The notes beneath the pieces are model-generated. The model made no database searches and was not told the origin of the DNA. It saw only the letters and a list, made by a program, of their open reading frames with translations. Below, piece by piece: positions 42,509 through 53,315 of a stretch of 64,000 bases of DNA. Source of the stretch: Butyricicoccaceae bacterium (GTDB lineage Bacteria > Bacillota > Clostridia > Oscillospirales > Butyricicoccaceae). Each line of letters begins with the position of its first letter. The first letter of the stretch is position 1. The stretch lies in the NCBI GenBank assembly GCA_052289195.1, contig DAWAJD010000005.1, positions 12,537 through 76,536 of the forward strand, given 5' to 3'. The translations under genes were made by a program, and so were the position numbers.

Positions 42509-43219
42509 ATGCTGCGCATTGAACACCTGACCAAGACCTTCGGAGAGAAGAAGGCTGTAGACGATCTGAGCCTGCACATCGCGCCGGGCGAGATCTATGG
42601 CTTTATCGGCCACAACGGCGCGGGCAAGACCACCACGCTGAAAGCCGTGGCGGGCATTCTGCGGTTCGATTCCGGCGAGATCCGGATCGACGGCTGCTCC
42701 GTTGCCGAGCAGCCGCTGGAATGCAAGCGCCGTCTGGCCTATATCCCCGACAACCCGGATCTTTATGATTACATGACGGGCATCCAGTATCTGAACTTCA
42801 TCGCGGATATTTTCGGCGTCTCCGCCGCAGACCGGCAGGCCCGCATCCGGGATCTGGCCCAGCGCTTTGAGCTCACCGCCGACCTGGCCCAGCCCATCGC
42901 TGCCTATTCCCACGGCATGAAGCAGAAGCTGGCCATCATCTCCGCCTGGCTGCACCAGCCCAAGCTCATCATCATGGACGAGCCCTTCGTGGGGCTGGAC
43001 CCCAAGGCGGCCCATCTGCTGAAGGGCATGATGCGGGAGCACTGCGACGCGGGCGGCGCCATTTTCTTCTCCACCCATGTGCTGGAGGTGGCGGAAAAGC
43101 TCTGCGACAAGGTCGCCATCATCAAGGCCGGCGCGCTGATCCGTTCCGGCACCATGGAGGAGGTCAAGGGCGACGATTCGCTGGAGGAAGTGTTCCTGGA
43201 GCTGGAGGAGGATGCATAA
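42509..43219 (+). CDS. ABC transporter ATP-binding protein (ABC-2 exporter type)
   Basis: 236 aa with GHNGAGKTT, YSHGMKQKLAI and IIMDEPFVGLDP. Confidence 0.9.
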   Translation: MLRIEHLTKTFGEKKAVDDLSLHIAPGEIYGFIGHNGAGKTTTLKAVAGILRFDSGEIRIDGCSVAEQPLECKRRLAYIPDNPDLYDYMTGIQYLNFIADIFGVSAADRQARIRDLAQRFELTADLAQPIAAYSHGMKQKLAIISAWLHQPKLIIMDEPFVGLDPKAAHLLKGMMREHCDAGGAIFFSTHVLEVAEKLCDKVAIIKAGALIRSGTMEEVKGDDSLEEVFLELEEDA

Positions 43220-44821
43220 ATGATCAGGCTGCTGGTAAAAAAGCAGCTGTGGGAGATCTTCCGCAGCTACTTTTATGACGCAAAGAAGAACAAGGCCCGT
43301 TCCCGCCTGGGGACGGCCGCCTATATCCTGCTCTTTGCCGTTTTGATGCTGGGCGTCATCGGCGGTATGTTCACCTTCGTGGCCAAAAGCATTTGCGGCG
43401 CGCTGGCGGCGGCGGGTATGGACTGGCTGTATTTCACGCTGATGGGGCTGATGGCGATCCTGCTGGGGACCTTCGGCAGCGTGTTCAACACCTATTCCGG
43501 CCTGTATCTGGCCCGGGACAACGACCTGCTGCTTTCCATGCCCATCCCGGTGCGGGCCATCATGACGGCCCGGCTGCTGGGCGTTTATCTCATGGGCCTG
43601 ATGTATTCCGGCGTGGTGATCCTGCCCGCCGTGATCGTTTACTGGTTCACCGTCTCGGCTGCGCCGGGGGCCGTGGCCGGCGGGCTGATCCTGACGCTGA
43701 TGATCTCGCTGCTGGTACTGACGCTGTCCTGTGCGCTGGGCTGGGTGGTGGCAAAGATCAGCCTGAAGCTGAAAAACAGGAGCTTCATCACGGTATTGGT
43801 GTCGCTGGTCTTCTTCGGCGCTTACTATTTCTTCTATTTTAAGGCCCAGAGCATGATCCAGGCGCTGGTGCAGCACGCGGCGGAATACGGCGCGAAGATC
43901 AAAAGCGCGGCCTATCCCCTTTATGTCTTCGGACAGGCCGGCGCCGGCGACGGCGCTTCCATGGCCATCCTTTCCGCGGTCACGCTGGCGGCGCTGGCGC
44001 TGGTCTGGTATCTGATCGCCCGGAGCTTCCTGCAGATCGCCACGGCCACGGGGGCCACGGAAAAGCGGGTCTACCGGGAACGGGCCGCAAAAAAGGCCAG
44101 TCCCTCTGCCGCGCTGCTGCGGAAGGAGCTGGGCCGCTTCACCTCCAGCCCCAGCTATATGCTCAACACCGGTCTGGGCGTTTTGCTGCTGACGGCGGCG
44201 GGGGTTGGCCTGCTGATCAAGGGCGGCGCTCTGGTGGCCGTGCTGAACGAGATATTTGCGGAGTGGGAGGGCTGCACGCCGCTGATGCTCTGCGCCGGTA
44301 TCTGTATGCTGGCGGGGCTTTCCTTTCCTGCCGCCCCCTCCGTCTCGCTGGAGGGCAAATATATCTGGCAGATGCATGTCCTGCCGGTGACGCCCTGGCA
44401 GGCGCTGCGGGCCAAGCTGCAGCTGCAGCTGCTGCTGACGGCCGTCCCCGCGGCCTTCTGCCTGCTGTGCGCCATGATCGTATATCCCTTCTCTGCGGCG
44501 GAGCTTGCGCTGACCGTGTTGGTGACGCTGACCTATACGCTGTTTTACGGGCTGGCGGCGCTGGCACTGGGGGTGCGGATGCCTGTGATGACCTGGTCCT
44601 CCGAGATCACGCCCATCAAGCAGAACGCCTGCGTTCTGCTGGTCAGTCTGCTGAGCTTTGTGCATCCGCTGCTGCTGTGCGGCGGCTATCTGCTGCTGTC
44701 TGGCTGGAAGCTTGGCTATGCAGGCTATATGGGCTGCTTTTTGGCGGCGGAGCTGCTGCTCTCCGGTCTGCTCTGGTGCTGGCTCCGGAAGCGGGGCAGC
44801 GCCCGCTTCGCAGCGCTGTAA
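43220..44821 (+). CDS. Large polytopic putative ABC exporter permease
   Basis: 533 aa with about 10-12 hydrophobic segments. It starts 1 nt after the ATPase stop codon. Confidence 0.7.
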   Translation: MIRLLVKKQLWEIFRSYFYDAKKNKARSRLGTAAYILLFAVLMLGVIGGMFTFVAKSICGALAAAGMDWLYFTLMGLMAILLGTFGSVFNTYSGLYLARDNDLLLSMPIPVRAIMTARLLGVYLMGLMYSGVVILPAVIVYWFTVSAAPGAVAGGLILTLMISLLVLTLSCALGWVVAKISLKLKNRSFITVLVSLVFFGAYYFFYFKAQSMIQALVQHAAEYGAKIKSAAYPLYVFGQAGAGDGASMAILSAVTLAALALVWYLIARSFLQIATATGATEKRVYRERAAKKASPSAALLRKELGRFTSSPSYMLNTGLGVLLLTAAGVGLLIKGGALVAVLNEIFAEWEGCTPLMLCAGICMLAGLSFPAAPSVSLEGKYIWQMHVLPVTPWQALRAKLQLQLLLTAVPAAFCLLCAMIVYPFSAAELALTVLVTLTYTLFYGLAALALGVRMPVMTWSSEITPIKQNACVLLVSLLSFVHPLLLCGGYLLLSGWKLGYAGYMGCFLAAELLLSGLLWCWLRKRGSARFAAL

Positions 44822-44835
44822 GCATAATTGGGTTC

Positions 44836-44870
44836 AAAAAAGGGCCGGCAAGCCTTGCTTGCCGGCCCTT
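44836..44870. terminator. Hairpin terminator between convergent genes
   Basis: AAAAAA-GGGCCGGCAAG-CCTTG-CTTGCCGGCCC-TT. The U-run is strong for the minus-strand gene. Confidence 0.6.
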
Positions 44871-44949
44871 GCTGCTTCCAAAAGGGCGGTTTTCCTGATT
44901 TACCTGCCGCCGGGTGATGGAACGGGCGGAAAAGATGCCGGGTCTTGCG

Positions 44950-46830
44950 TCAGTCCACCAGCTCCTGCAGCAGACGGAAGGCACCGCCGTCGTAGACCTG
45001 CAGGCCCCAGCTCGAGACCAGATACAGATCGCCCCGGATCAGCAGGCCCCGCAGGTGATAGGTGTCGTAAAACGCCTCCGGCAGCGGCAGCGCCGCCAGC
45101 TGGACGAAGGCGCCGTCCTGATAGGCAAATACCAGATATTCCGTATCGGTGGCAAAGCCGATGCGGTTCTGCTCCGGCAGGATCAGCAGGGCCTTGTGGT
45201 CATCCAGCGCGGGAGAATACCAGCAGTCCTCCAAAAGAAGCAGATCCAGCTCCCGCAGCTCCGCCGGATCGGAGGAATCATACATGGCCAGCTTGAGCGC
45301 CTGGGCGAAGCCGGTCTCCTCATCGGCCCACTGGCCCAGACCGAAGAGCAGGCCGTCGCCGTAGACATGAAGATAGGAGGAGAAGCCGGGCAGCTTCAGC
45401 GCGGAAAGGATCACCGGCCGGGCCGGGTCGCTGAGGTCGGCGGCAAACAGCGGATCCGTCTGCCGGAAGGTGACAAAGTAGCACAGATCCCCGTCGAACC
45501 GGACGGAATAGATCTGCTCGTCCTGCCCCAGACCGGTAAGGCTGCCCACGATGTTCAGCCCGCCGTCCAGAATATACAGGCTGCTGGACTGCTGCCCTTC
45601 GCCCCAGCGGTAATTGACGAAATCATAGACGGGATCGGTATAAACGCTCCACTGATCGGTGTTTTCCGTGACGGCAAGGCGGAGATAGCCGTCCTTCTCG
45701 TCCAGCGAAAACTGATTCAGCAGCCGGCCCGGGAGCTCGCCGGAGGCCCGCAGGGCCAGCCCGCCCGCCAGATCAAAGGCTGTGATGCCGGTGACTGCGC
45801 CGGAGGAATAGTCCACCACCGTATACTGGTTTTCCGAGCGGGGGGCGCTCTCCGTCTCCGCATAGCGGTCGGCGCAGAGATACAGGCTGGTCTTGCTCAT
45901 GTAGACGGTGGAGACGCTGTCCAGCACCGTATAGGAGTCCAGCCGCCGGCCCGCCGCCACATCGATGGCGGAGACCACGGTATAGCTTGCCCCCTCCGGC
46001 AGCGTCTCCGGCAGCAGGATGCAGTCCGGCTCCGGCAGGCCGGAGGCTTCATTGGTATAAAGCGCGGGAATATAGCGCTCCGGCGCGTCGCCCTCCGCAT
46101 AGTCCCAGATGAAATAGTCCGAGATCAGATACAAAACGCCGCCCATCAGGCGGGAATCGTGATAATTGCCGTCTTGTCCAAGACATTCGCCGAAGCGCAC
46201 CTTTTCCGGGTCGGAAACATCCAGCAGCTGCACGCTGGTGCGAGCAGAGCCTCCCGTTTCCTCGTCCCAGCGGAAGTCGCTGCATAAAACGGCCAGCGTG
46301 CTTCCGAAGAGATACAGCTCCGAGATCTCACGGGAGCCGTCGCTGTCTTTGCCGGAGAGCTCCGCCCGGCCGATCAGGCGGCTGTCTGCGCCGGCGGCTT
46401 CATAGATCCGCAGCTGGGAGCCGGAGGCGGCGTAGATATACTGCCCGTCGGTCTTGACGATATCTGCCTCGTCCACGCCCGCCACCTGGGAAGCGGTGGA
46501 ATAATCCGCCATGGGAGCGCTGTCCGCCGCGGCGGAATACTGGGCGTTCTCTGCCATGGGCGCTTCCGTCAGGGAGGCTTCCGGGACGGCTGCACCGTCG
46601 AAGGCCAGATCGTCCCGCAGAGCGGAGCCCGGCCCCCGGCCGCTCCGGGCGGAGAGCAGCCGGGAAAGCACATCCTCATAGGAGCCGGCCGGGGTCAGCT
46701 GGCCTGCGCGGGTGGCGCGGGCATCGTCCAGTCCCTGGGAAAGCACCTTGCCGCAGGCCACCAGCAAAACACACAGGCAGAGCAGCAGCCCCGTCAGCGG
46801 CAGCACCAGCTTTTTCATCATGAAAGACAC
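44950..46830 (-). CDS. Secreted beta-propeller-domain lipoprotein
   Basis: 626 aa with lipobox LLVACGK. VAGVDEADIVKTDGQYIYAAS... and repeated blade-like segments match my recollection of the bacterial/archaeal Beta_propel family. Confidence 0.65.
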   Translation of the reverse strand: MSFMMKKLVLPLTGLLLCLCVLLVACGKVLSQGLDDARATRAGQLTPAGSYEDVLSRLLSARSGRGPGSALRDDLAFDGAAVPEASLTEAPMAENAQYSAAADSAPMADYSTASQVAGVDEADIVKTDGQYIYAASGSQLRIYEAAGADSRLIGRAELSGKDSDGSREISELYLFGSTLAVLCSDFRWDEETGGSARTSVQLLDVSDPEKVRFGECLGQDGNYHDSRLMGGVLYLISDYFIWDYAEGDAPERYIPALYTNEASGLPEPDCILLPETLPEGASYTVVSAIDVAAGRRLDSYTVLDSVSTVYMSKTSLYLCADRYAETESAPRSENQYTVVDYSSGAVTGITAFDLAGGLALRASGELPGRLLNQFSLDEKDGYLRLAVTENTDQWSVYTDPVYDFVNYRWGEGQQSSSLYILDGGLNIVGSLTGLGQDEQIYSVRFDGDLCYFVTFRQTDPLFAADLSDPARPVILSALKLPGFSSYLHVYGDGLLFGLGQWADEETGFAQALKLAMYDSSDPAELRELDLLLLEDCWYSPALDDHKALLILPEQNRIGFATDTEYLVFAYQDGAFVQLAALPLPEAFYDTYHLRGLLIRGDLYLVSSWGLQVYDGGAFRLLQELVD

Positions 46831-47068
46831 AACCTTTCTTTCGATAAATCCAATTTACTTGATTAGACGGCGAAAAAAGAAAAAAGTTTCACGATTTTTC
46901 AAAAAAATTGAAGAATGGTGGGAGCGGCCGCAGGGAGGACCGCAGAGATTGTGAAGGGTTTCTGAAAACGGCACGATGCAGACGATTGTGGTTGTGCACC
47001 GGGCAAAAGAATGATATAATGGGACAAAATGCAGTTTGCAGCCTGAAAAGAAAATGCGGGGTGGAGCC

Positions 47069-47671
47069 ATGTTTTATTATATTTCCGGAAAGGTCGCGGC
47101 GGCGGAGGCGGGACTGGTGGTCCTTGATGCCGGCGGCGTGGGCTACGCCATCAATACCTCCTATCCTTCCGCGCGCACGGTAAAGGTGGGAGAGCAGGCG
47201 CTGTTTTATACCTTCCTGCGGGTGGCGGAAAATATTTTTGAGCTGTATGGTTTCGTCCGGCGGGATGAGCTGGACTGCTTCAAGCAGCTGGTCACCATCT
47301 CCGGCGTGGGGCCCCGGGTGGCGCTGGCCATCCTCGGCACGGTGACGCCGGAAAAGCTGGCGCTCTGCGTGATCTCCGGCGACGAAAAGGCGCTGACGGC
47401 GGCGCCGGGCGTGGGCAAAAAGCTGGCCCAGCGGATCCTGCTGGAGCTGAAGGACAAAATGTCCCGGGATCAGCTGGAATCCGCCGCGCAGGGAAGCGGG
47501 ACGGAGCTGCCCCAGACCGGGGCCGGAGCCTCCGCCATGGAGGATGCGCTGGCGGCGCTGGCCGTTTTGGGCTATCCCCGGGCGGCGGCCATGGCGGCGC
47601 TGGCCGGCGTAAAGGCAGAGGGCATGGGCACCGACGAGCTGGTCCGGGCCGCGCTGAAGCGACTGTTTTAA
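47069..47671 (+). CDS. ruvA: Holliday junction DNA helicase RuvA
   Basis: The ATG at 47069 gives MFYYISGKV... It has HhH motifs (LVTISGVGPRVALAIL and APGVGKKLAQRILLELKDK). An upstream extended -10 element is TGATATAAT. Confidence 0.9.
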   Translation: MFYYISGKVAAAEAGLVVLDAGGVGYAINTSYPSARTVKVGEQALFYTFLRVAENIFELYGFVRRDELDCFKQLVTISGVGPRVALAILGTVTPEKLALCVISGDEKALTAAPGVGKKLAQRILLELKDKMSRDQLESAAQGSGTELPQTGAGASAMEDALAALAVLGYPRAAAMAALAGVKAEGMGTDELVRAALKRLF

Positions 47672-47683
47672 GGGGGTGCGCCT

Positions 47684-48718
47684 GTGGCGATCGAATTCGG
47701 ACAGCAAATGGAGGAGGAGCGTATCGTCTCCTCCACGCTCCGCACGGAGGATGCGCAGGAGCCGGCGCTGCGGCCCCATGTTTTAACGGAATATACCGGC
47801 CAGGAAAAGGCCAAGGAAAATCTTCGGATCTATATTCAGGCGGCCCGGCTCCGGGGGGAGCCGCTGGATCATGTTCTGCTTTACGGCCCGCCGGGCCTGG
47901 GCAAGACCACGCTGGCGGGCATCATCGCCAACGAGATGGGGGTCAATATCCGCATCACCTCCGGCCCCGCCATCGAAAAGGCGGGGGATCTGGCGGCGCT
48001 GCTCACCAATCTGAATGAGAACGATGTGCTCTTCATCGACGAGATCCACCGGCTCAACCGCAGCGTGGAGGAGGTGCTCTATCCCGCCATGGAGGACTAT
48101 GCGCTGGATATCATCATCGGCAAGGGGCCGGCGGCCCGGTCGATCCGGCTGGATCTGCCCCGCTTCACGCTGATCGGCGCCACCACCCGGGCGGGCCAGC
48201 TTTCCTCGCCTCTGCGGGATCGCTTTGGCGTGCAGCTGCGGCTGGAGCTTTATTCGCCGGAGGAGCTGCAGGCCATCGTCACCCGGACGGCGGCCATTCT
48301 GGGCGTGGATATCGTCCCCTCCGGTGCGCTGGAGATCGCGTGCCGCTCCCGCGGGACGCCCCGCATCGCCAACCGCATTCTGAAGCGGGTGCGGGATTTT
48401 GCGCAGGTGAAGGGCGATGGGCGGGTAGACGCCGCCACGGCCGATCTGGCCCTGCGGGCGCTGGAGATCGACGGGCTTGGACTGGACCGCACCGACCGGC
48501 GGATGCTGGAGAGCATCATCAAAAACTTCCGCGGCGGCCCCGTGGGGCTGGAGACCCTTGCCGCCACCATCGGCGAGGAGAGCGTCACGCTGGAGGATGT
48601 TTACGAGCCGTATCTGCTGCAGATCGGGCTTTTGAACCGCACGCCCCGGGGCCGCTGCGTCACGCCCCGGGCCTATGAGCATCTGGGCATCCCGTTTTCC
48701 GGGCAGATGGAGCTTTAA
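47684..48718 (+). CDS. ruvB: Holliday junction DNA helicase RuvB
   Basis: 344 aa with [23 protein letters not shown] and GATTRAG. Confidence 0.95.
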   Translation: MAIEFGQQMEEERIVSSTLRTEDAQEPALRPHVLTEYTGQEKAKENLRIYIQAARLRGEPLDHVLLYGPPGLGKTTLAGIIANEMGVNIRITSGPAIEKAGDLAALLTNLNENDVLFIDEIHRLNRSVEEVLYPAMEDYALDIIIGKGPAARSIRLDLPRFTLIGATTRAGQLSSPLRDRFGVQLRLELYSPEELQAIVTRTAAILGVDIVPSGALEIACRSRGTPRIANRILKRVRDFAQVKGDGRVDAATADLALRALEIDGLGLDRTDRRMLESIIKNFRGGPVGLETLAATIGEESVTLEDVYEPYLLQIGLLNRTPRGRCVTPRAYEHLGIPFSGQMEL

Positions 48719-48742
48719 TTCAGGAAAAGAGGAAGGATCATT

Positions 48743-50092
48743 ATGAAATATTTTGGAACAGACGGCATCCGTGGCAAGGCCAATGTGGAGCTGGATGCAA
48801 AGCTGGCGTATCGCGCCGGGCTGGCGCTGGGCGCGGTGCTGCGGAAGGAGCTGGGCCGCAAGCCGCTGGTCTTCATCGGCAGAGATACCCGCATCTCCGG
48901 CGGCATGCTGGAAGCGGCGCTGACGGCGGGTCTCTGCACCGCCGGGACGGATGTGACCGATCTGGGCGTCATGCCGACGCCCGCCGTGGCCTATCTGACG
49001 GCAAACACCCCCGCCGCCGACGCGGGCATCGTCATCTCCGCCAGCCACAATCCCTTTGAGGACAACGGCATCAAGATCTTCGGCAGCCGGGGCTATAAGC
49101 TCACGGACAGCGAGGAGGCGCAGATCGAGGCCTATATCGATGCGCCCCCTGCGCTGCACATGACCGGCGGGCAGCTGGGCGCCGTCCGGCCCTTTGAAGG
49201 AGACCCGGTGCAGGCCTATGTATGCCATGTGGCCTCCACTGCGCCCTGCCGGCTCACCGGCATGCGCATCGCCGTGGACTGCGCCAACGGCGCCGCCTCC
49301 GCCACGGCAGAGGCTCTGTTCTGCAGGATGGGGGCGGACGCTGTCATCCTACACCAGTCGCCCGATGGCACCAACATCAACGCCGGCTGCGGCAGCACCC
49401 ATATCGAGGGCCTGCAGGAGCTGGTGCGCAGCGGCAATTTTGCCGCCGGCGCGGCTTTTGACGGCGACGCAGACCGCTGCCTGATGGTAGACGAGACCGG
49501 CGAGCTGATCGACGGCGATCATCTGATCGGGCTGTTGGCGGAGGACATGAAGCGCCATGGCCGTCTGAAGGGCGGCGTGGTGGGGACGATCCTCACCAAT
49601 CTGGGGCTCCATGCCTTTTTGGAGGAGCGGCAGATCCCTGTCTGGTCTGCCAAGGTGGGCGACCGGTATGTGCTGGAGGCCATGCGGGAAAAGGGCTGGA
49701 ACATCGGCGGCGAGCAGTCCGGCCATGTGATCCTTTCCGACTATGCCACCACCGGCGACGGCCAGCTCACCGCCGTGCAGTTCCTGTGCGCCCTGAAGGC
49801 CTCCGGCGCTGCCGCCAGTCAGCTGAATCGGCGCATCGAGAGCTTCCCCCAGGTGTCCATCAATGTTCCGGTGGCCAACGACCGCAAGCATCAGGTGGCG
49901 GCGCTGCCCGCCGTGGAGCAGGTGGGCCGGGAGATCGCGGAATATTTCGGCGGCCAGGGCCGGGTGGTCATCCGTCCCTCCGGGACGGAGCCGAAGGTCC
50001 GGGTCATGGTAGAGGGCCGGGATCCCGAGCAGGTGCAGCAGCAGGCGCAGCGGGCAGCCCAGGTGGTAAAGGCTGCGGTGGAAGCGCTGTAA
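48743..50092 (+). CDS. glmM: Phosphoglucosamine mutase
   Basis: 449 aa with MKYFGTDGIRGKAN, the active-site motif SASHNPFEDNGIK and FDGDADR. Confidence 0.95.
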   Translation: MKYFGTDGIRGKANVELDAKLAYRAGLALGAVLRKELGRKPLVFIGRDTRISGGMLEAALTAGLCTAGTDVTDLGVMPTPAVAYLTANTPAADAGIVISASHNPFEDNGIKIFGSRGYKLTDSEEAQIEAYIDAPPALHMTGGQLGAVRPFEGDPVQAYVCHVASTAPCRLTGMRIAVDCANGAASATAEALFCRMGADAVILHQSPDGTNINAGCGSTHIEGLQELVRSGNFAAGAAFDGDADRCLMVDETGELIDGDHLIGLLAEDMKRHGRLKGGVVGTILTNLGLHAFLEERQIPVWSAKVGDRYVLEAMREKGWNIGGEQSGHVILSDYATTGDGQLTAVQFLCALKASGAAASQLNRRIESFPQVSINVPVANDRKHQVAALPAVEQVGREIAEYFGGQGRVVIRPSGTEPKVRVMVEGRDPEQVQQQAQRAAQVVKAAVEAL

Positions 50093-50157
50093 AGCCCATG
50101 CCAATTCTCCGGCAGGCGCCGGTTTTGATAAGCCAAAGCAGGAAAGGAGGAGCATAG

Positions 50158-50318
50158 AAGCGCCGGAGCCGGGCGGGATGCGCCGGCTGACGAGGATGGA
50201 GGTTGCGCAAAAGCGCGAAAATCGAAGGGTTCGGCGGATGCCTCCCGTCTGCCGTGAGGCGAAAGGATCGCAGAAAAACCGCGGGGCGACCTGCGGGACA
50301 AAGGGCGATCCGCACGGA
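50158..50318 (+). ncRNA. glmS ribozyme: glmS ribozyme (GlcN6P-responsive)
   Basis: The cleavage-site context is A-GCGCC at about 50159-50164. The conserved core segments are GACGAGGATGGAGGTT, ATCGAAGGGTTCGGCGGATGCCTCCCG and GGGACAAAGG. It lies immediately upstream of glmS. Confidence 0.85.
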
Positions 50319-50371
50319 ATTTAAATACATTTTGTCATTTTTTGTCGAGATATTAAGGAGTGTTATCATAT

Positions 50372-52201
50372 ATGTGCGGAATTGTTGGATATGTGGGCAA
50401 ACGGCAGGCCGTCCCTGTGCTGCTGCAGGGCCTGCACAAGCTGGAATACCGGGGCTATGATTCCTCCGGCGTGGCGCTGCTGGAGCAGGGCCGACTGAAG
50501 GTGGTCAAGGCCCGGGGCCGCATCCGGAACATGGAGGAGCTGCTGCAGGCGCAGGGCCCCTTTACGGCCACCTGCGGCATCGGCCATACCCGCTGGGCCA
50601 CCCACGGAGAACCGTCGGACATCAACGCCCACCCTCATGTGAGCGAAAACGGACGCATCGCTCTGGTGCACAACGGCATCATCGAAAACTATATGGAGCT
50701 GCGGGAAATGCTGAAAAAGGCCGGCTTTTCCATTCGGACAGAAACGGACAGCGAGCTGGCGGCGCATCTGTTTCAGCTTCATTACCATGGCGACGCCCTT
50801 GCGGCCCTGCGGGAGACGACCCGGCAGCTGCGGGGGTCCTATGCGCTGGCGGTCATCAACGCCGACGCCCCGGGCGAGCTGCTCTGCGCCCGGCGGGATA
50901 ATCCGCTGATCCTGGGCGTGGGGGAGGGCGAAAACATGATCGCCTCGGACATCCCCGCGATTCTGGCGCTGACAAAGCGCTATATCGTCATGGCAGACGG
51001 CCAGACGGCCCGCGTCACGGCAGACGGCGTGGAGCTTTACGACGGCGTTGGCAACCGGATCCAGCCGAAGATCGAGACGGTCACCTGGGATCTTTCCGCC
51101 GCAGAGAAGGGCGGCTATGAGCATTTCATGATCAAGGAGATCTTTGAGCAGCCCAAGGCCGTGCGGGATACCGTCCTGCCCCGGCTGAAGGACGGGCTGC
51201 CCGTGCTGGACAGCGACGGGTTTTCCGACGCGCTGCTGCGGGAGGTCAAAAGCATCCATATTACCGCCTGCGGCAGCGCGCTGCACGCAGGTCTGGTGGG
51301 AAAAACGGTGATCGAGCGGCTGGCCCGGGTGCCGGTGATCCCTCATATCGCCTCGGAGTTCCGGTATGAGGACCCCATCATCGGGCCGGGAGACCTGTGC
51401 CTGGTGATCAGCCAGTCCGGCGAGACCGCCGACACGCTGGCCGCCATGCGGGAGGCCAAACGCAAGGGCGCACGGACGGTAGCCATCGTCAATGTGGTGT
51501 CCTCCAGCATCGCCCGGGAGGCGGACGCCGTGCTTTACACCTGGGCCGGCCCGGAGATCGCCGTAGCCACCACCAAGGCCTATTCCGCCCAGCTGGCGGC
51601 GCTGTATCTGGTGGCGATCCGGGCGGCTTATGTGCGTGGGACCGTTTCGGAGGAGCAGGCCCGGGTGCTTTGCCGGGAGGTGGCCGCCCTGCCGGAGCAG
51701 ATCGAAAAAACGCTGGAATGCCGCAGCCAGATGCAGCATCTTGCCAGCCTTTACGCCAACCGCCAGAGCGTCTTTTTCATTGGCCGGGGCATGGATCATG
51801 CCGCCGGACAGGAGGCGTCCCTGAAGCTCAAGGAGATCTCCTACATCCACAGCGAGGCCTACGCCGCCGGCGAGCTGAAGCATGGCACCATCTCTCTGGT
51901 GGAGGAGGGGACCATGGTGGTGGCGCTGGCCTGCGATCCGGCGCTGCTGGAAAAGACCGTCTCCAATGTGAAATCGGTCAAGGCCCGGGGGGCCAGCGTG
52001 GTGCTGGTCACCAGCGACCAGCGCTTGCAGGAGGATCCGGAGATCTGCGACCATCTGGTGCGCATCCCCGCGGTCAGCCCGCAGTTCAGCGCCAGCCTTT
52101 CCATCCTGCCCATGCAGCTGCTGGCCTATTATACCGCCGTTATCCGGGGCTGTGATGTGGATAAGCCCCGCAATCTGGCAAAAAGCGTCACCGTGGAATA
52201 A
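50372..52201 (+). CDS. glmS: Glutamine--fructose-6-phosphate aminotransferase
   Basis: The start is MCGIVGY (Cys2 nucleophile). It has two SIS domains and the C-terminus ...DVDKPRNLAKSVTVE. Confidence 0.96.
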   Translation: MCGIVGYVGKRQAVPVLLQGLHKLEYRGYDSSGVALLEQGRLKVVKARGRIRNMEELLQAQGPFTATCGIGHTRWATHGEPSDINAHPHVSENGRIALVHNGIIENYMELREMLKKAGFSIRTETDSELAAHLFQLHYHGDALAALRETTRQLRGSYALAVINADAPGELLCARRDNPLILGVGEGENMIASDIPAILALTKRYIVMADGQTARVTADGVELYDGVGNRIQPKIETVTWDLSAAEKGGYEHFMIKEIFEQPKAVRDTVLPRLKDGLPVLDSDGFSDALLREVKSIHITACGSALHAGLVGKTVIERLARVPVIPHIASEFRYEDPIIGPGDLCLVISQSGETADTLAAMREAKRKGARTVAIVNVVSSSIAREADAVLYTWAGPEIAVATTKAYSAQLAALYLVAIRAAYVRGTVSEEQARVLCREVAALPEQIEKTLECRSQMQHLASLYANRQSVFFIGRGMDHAAGQEASLKLKEISYIHSEAYAAGELKHGTISLVEEGTMVVALACDPALLEKTVSNVKSVKARGASVVLVTSDQRLQEDPEICDHLVRIPAVSPQFSASLSILPMQLLAYYTAVIRGCDVDKPRNLAKSVTVE

Positions 52202-52214
52202 ACGGAAACCAGAC

Positions 52215-52256
52215 AAAAAACAGCGCCGCCCGGAGCTTTTCCGGGCGGCGCTTTCG
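52215..52256. terminator. Bidirectional terminator after glmS
   Basis: AAAAAAC-AGCGCCGCCCGG-AGCTTTT-CCGGGCGGCGCT-TTCG. Confidence 0.7.
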
Positions 52257-52294
52257 TATGGATTTTTATCTGTTCGGATCGGACCCCGGGGGCG

Positions 52295-53218
52295 TCATGC
52301 GTCGTAAACGCCCAGGATCACGATGCCCAGGACCACCGCGGCGATGGTGAGATAATGCTTCCAGCTGAGCTTTTCCTTCAGGAAAATGCGGCTCCAGAGG
52401 ACGGACACCGCGCAGTAGGAGGAGATCATGGGAGCCGCCGCCGCCGGATTGGCGGAGAGGGCAAAGATATAGGCGAACTGACCGGCCGTCTCAAAGCAGG
52501 CGCCGATGAGCTTGGGGCCCTCGCTGCGCACAGACAGCCGCTTTTTCTTCCAAAGGCAGACATAAAGGAAGCACACCACGCCCGCAAACAGGAAGGTCAG
52601 CTCGTAGGCCACATTGGCGGTGGCCTCGTAGTTTTCGATGGTCAGGGAGAGCTTGTCCAGCACCAGCCCGTCGCAGAAGGAGCCCGCCGCGTCCAAAACG
52701 CAGTAAAGCACCGGCAGCGCCAGCGCCAGCAGGCTCTTGGCATATTTCCGGTTGGAGGCCTCCTGCCGCCGGGCGCGGAGCTCCTCGTCCTCCCGGGCGT
52801 CTACGATGGCCAGCGAGATCACGCCCAGACAAACGCACAGGACGCCCACATACTGCATTTTTTCCAGCCGCTCGCCGGAGATCAGATAGAGGATCGCCGC
52901 CAGCGCGCCGGAGGAATTGCAGATGGGAGAGGAGATGGAAAGCTCGATGTAGCGCAGGCCCACATAGCCCAGCACCATGGAGCTGATATACAGCAGGGAG
53001 ACGGGGAGATAGGTCCAGATCACGCCCAGGGAGATGCGCACGCCGCCGATGAAGATCTCATACGCCGCGTGCAGCCCCATCACAAGGCCCACCATCATGA
53101 CCATTTTCAAATGGCTGTCCCGATCGTCGGGGTCGGAGCAGCCGATCTTGGAGAACAGGTCGGAACCGCTCCAGCAGAGCAGCGCCGCCAGCGCCAGCCA
53201 AAACCACATAACATTCAC
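52295..53218 (-). CDS. EamA/DMT-superfamily transporter
   Basis: 307 aa with 10 predicted TM helices in two EamA-like halves. Confidence 0.8.
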   Translation of the reverse strand: MNVMWFWLALAALLCWSGSDLFSKIGCSDPDDRDSHLKMVMMVGLVMGLHAAYEIFIGGVRISLGVIWTYLPVSLLYISSMVLGYVGLRYIELSISSPICNSSGALAAILYLISGERLEKMQYVGVLCVCLGVISLAIVDAREDEELRARRQEASNRKYAKSLLALALPVLYCVLDAAGSFCDGLVLDKLSLTIENYEATANVAYELTFLFAGVVCFLYVCLWKKKRLSVRSEGPKLIGACFETAGQFAYIFALSANPAAAAPMISSYCAVSVLWSRIFLKEKLSWKHYLTIAAVVLGIVILGVYDA

Positions 53219-53315
53219 CAGCTTTCTGAAAAATTAAAAAGACACGGAAAACGGGTGAAGGGAGGGCGGCGGACGGCGCAGAGGACGGAAGGGGTGGCAG
53301 GAACGGAACACAGGC

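Noticed and set aside
41042-44665. 1207-aa minus-strand ORF spanning the TetR, GNAT and ABC genes
   Set aside because: It is a shadow ORF of a high-GC region. The translation is low-complexity and rich in Arg/Gly/Gln/His/Pro (RQQQNAQTG..., GRGDLQEAPGDQ). It has no recognisable motifs. It lies antisense to four genes with clear family signatures.
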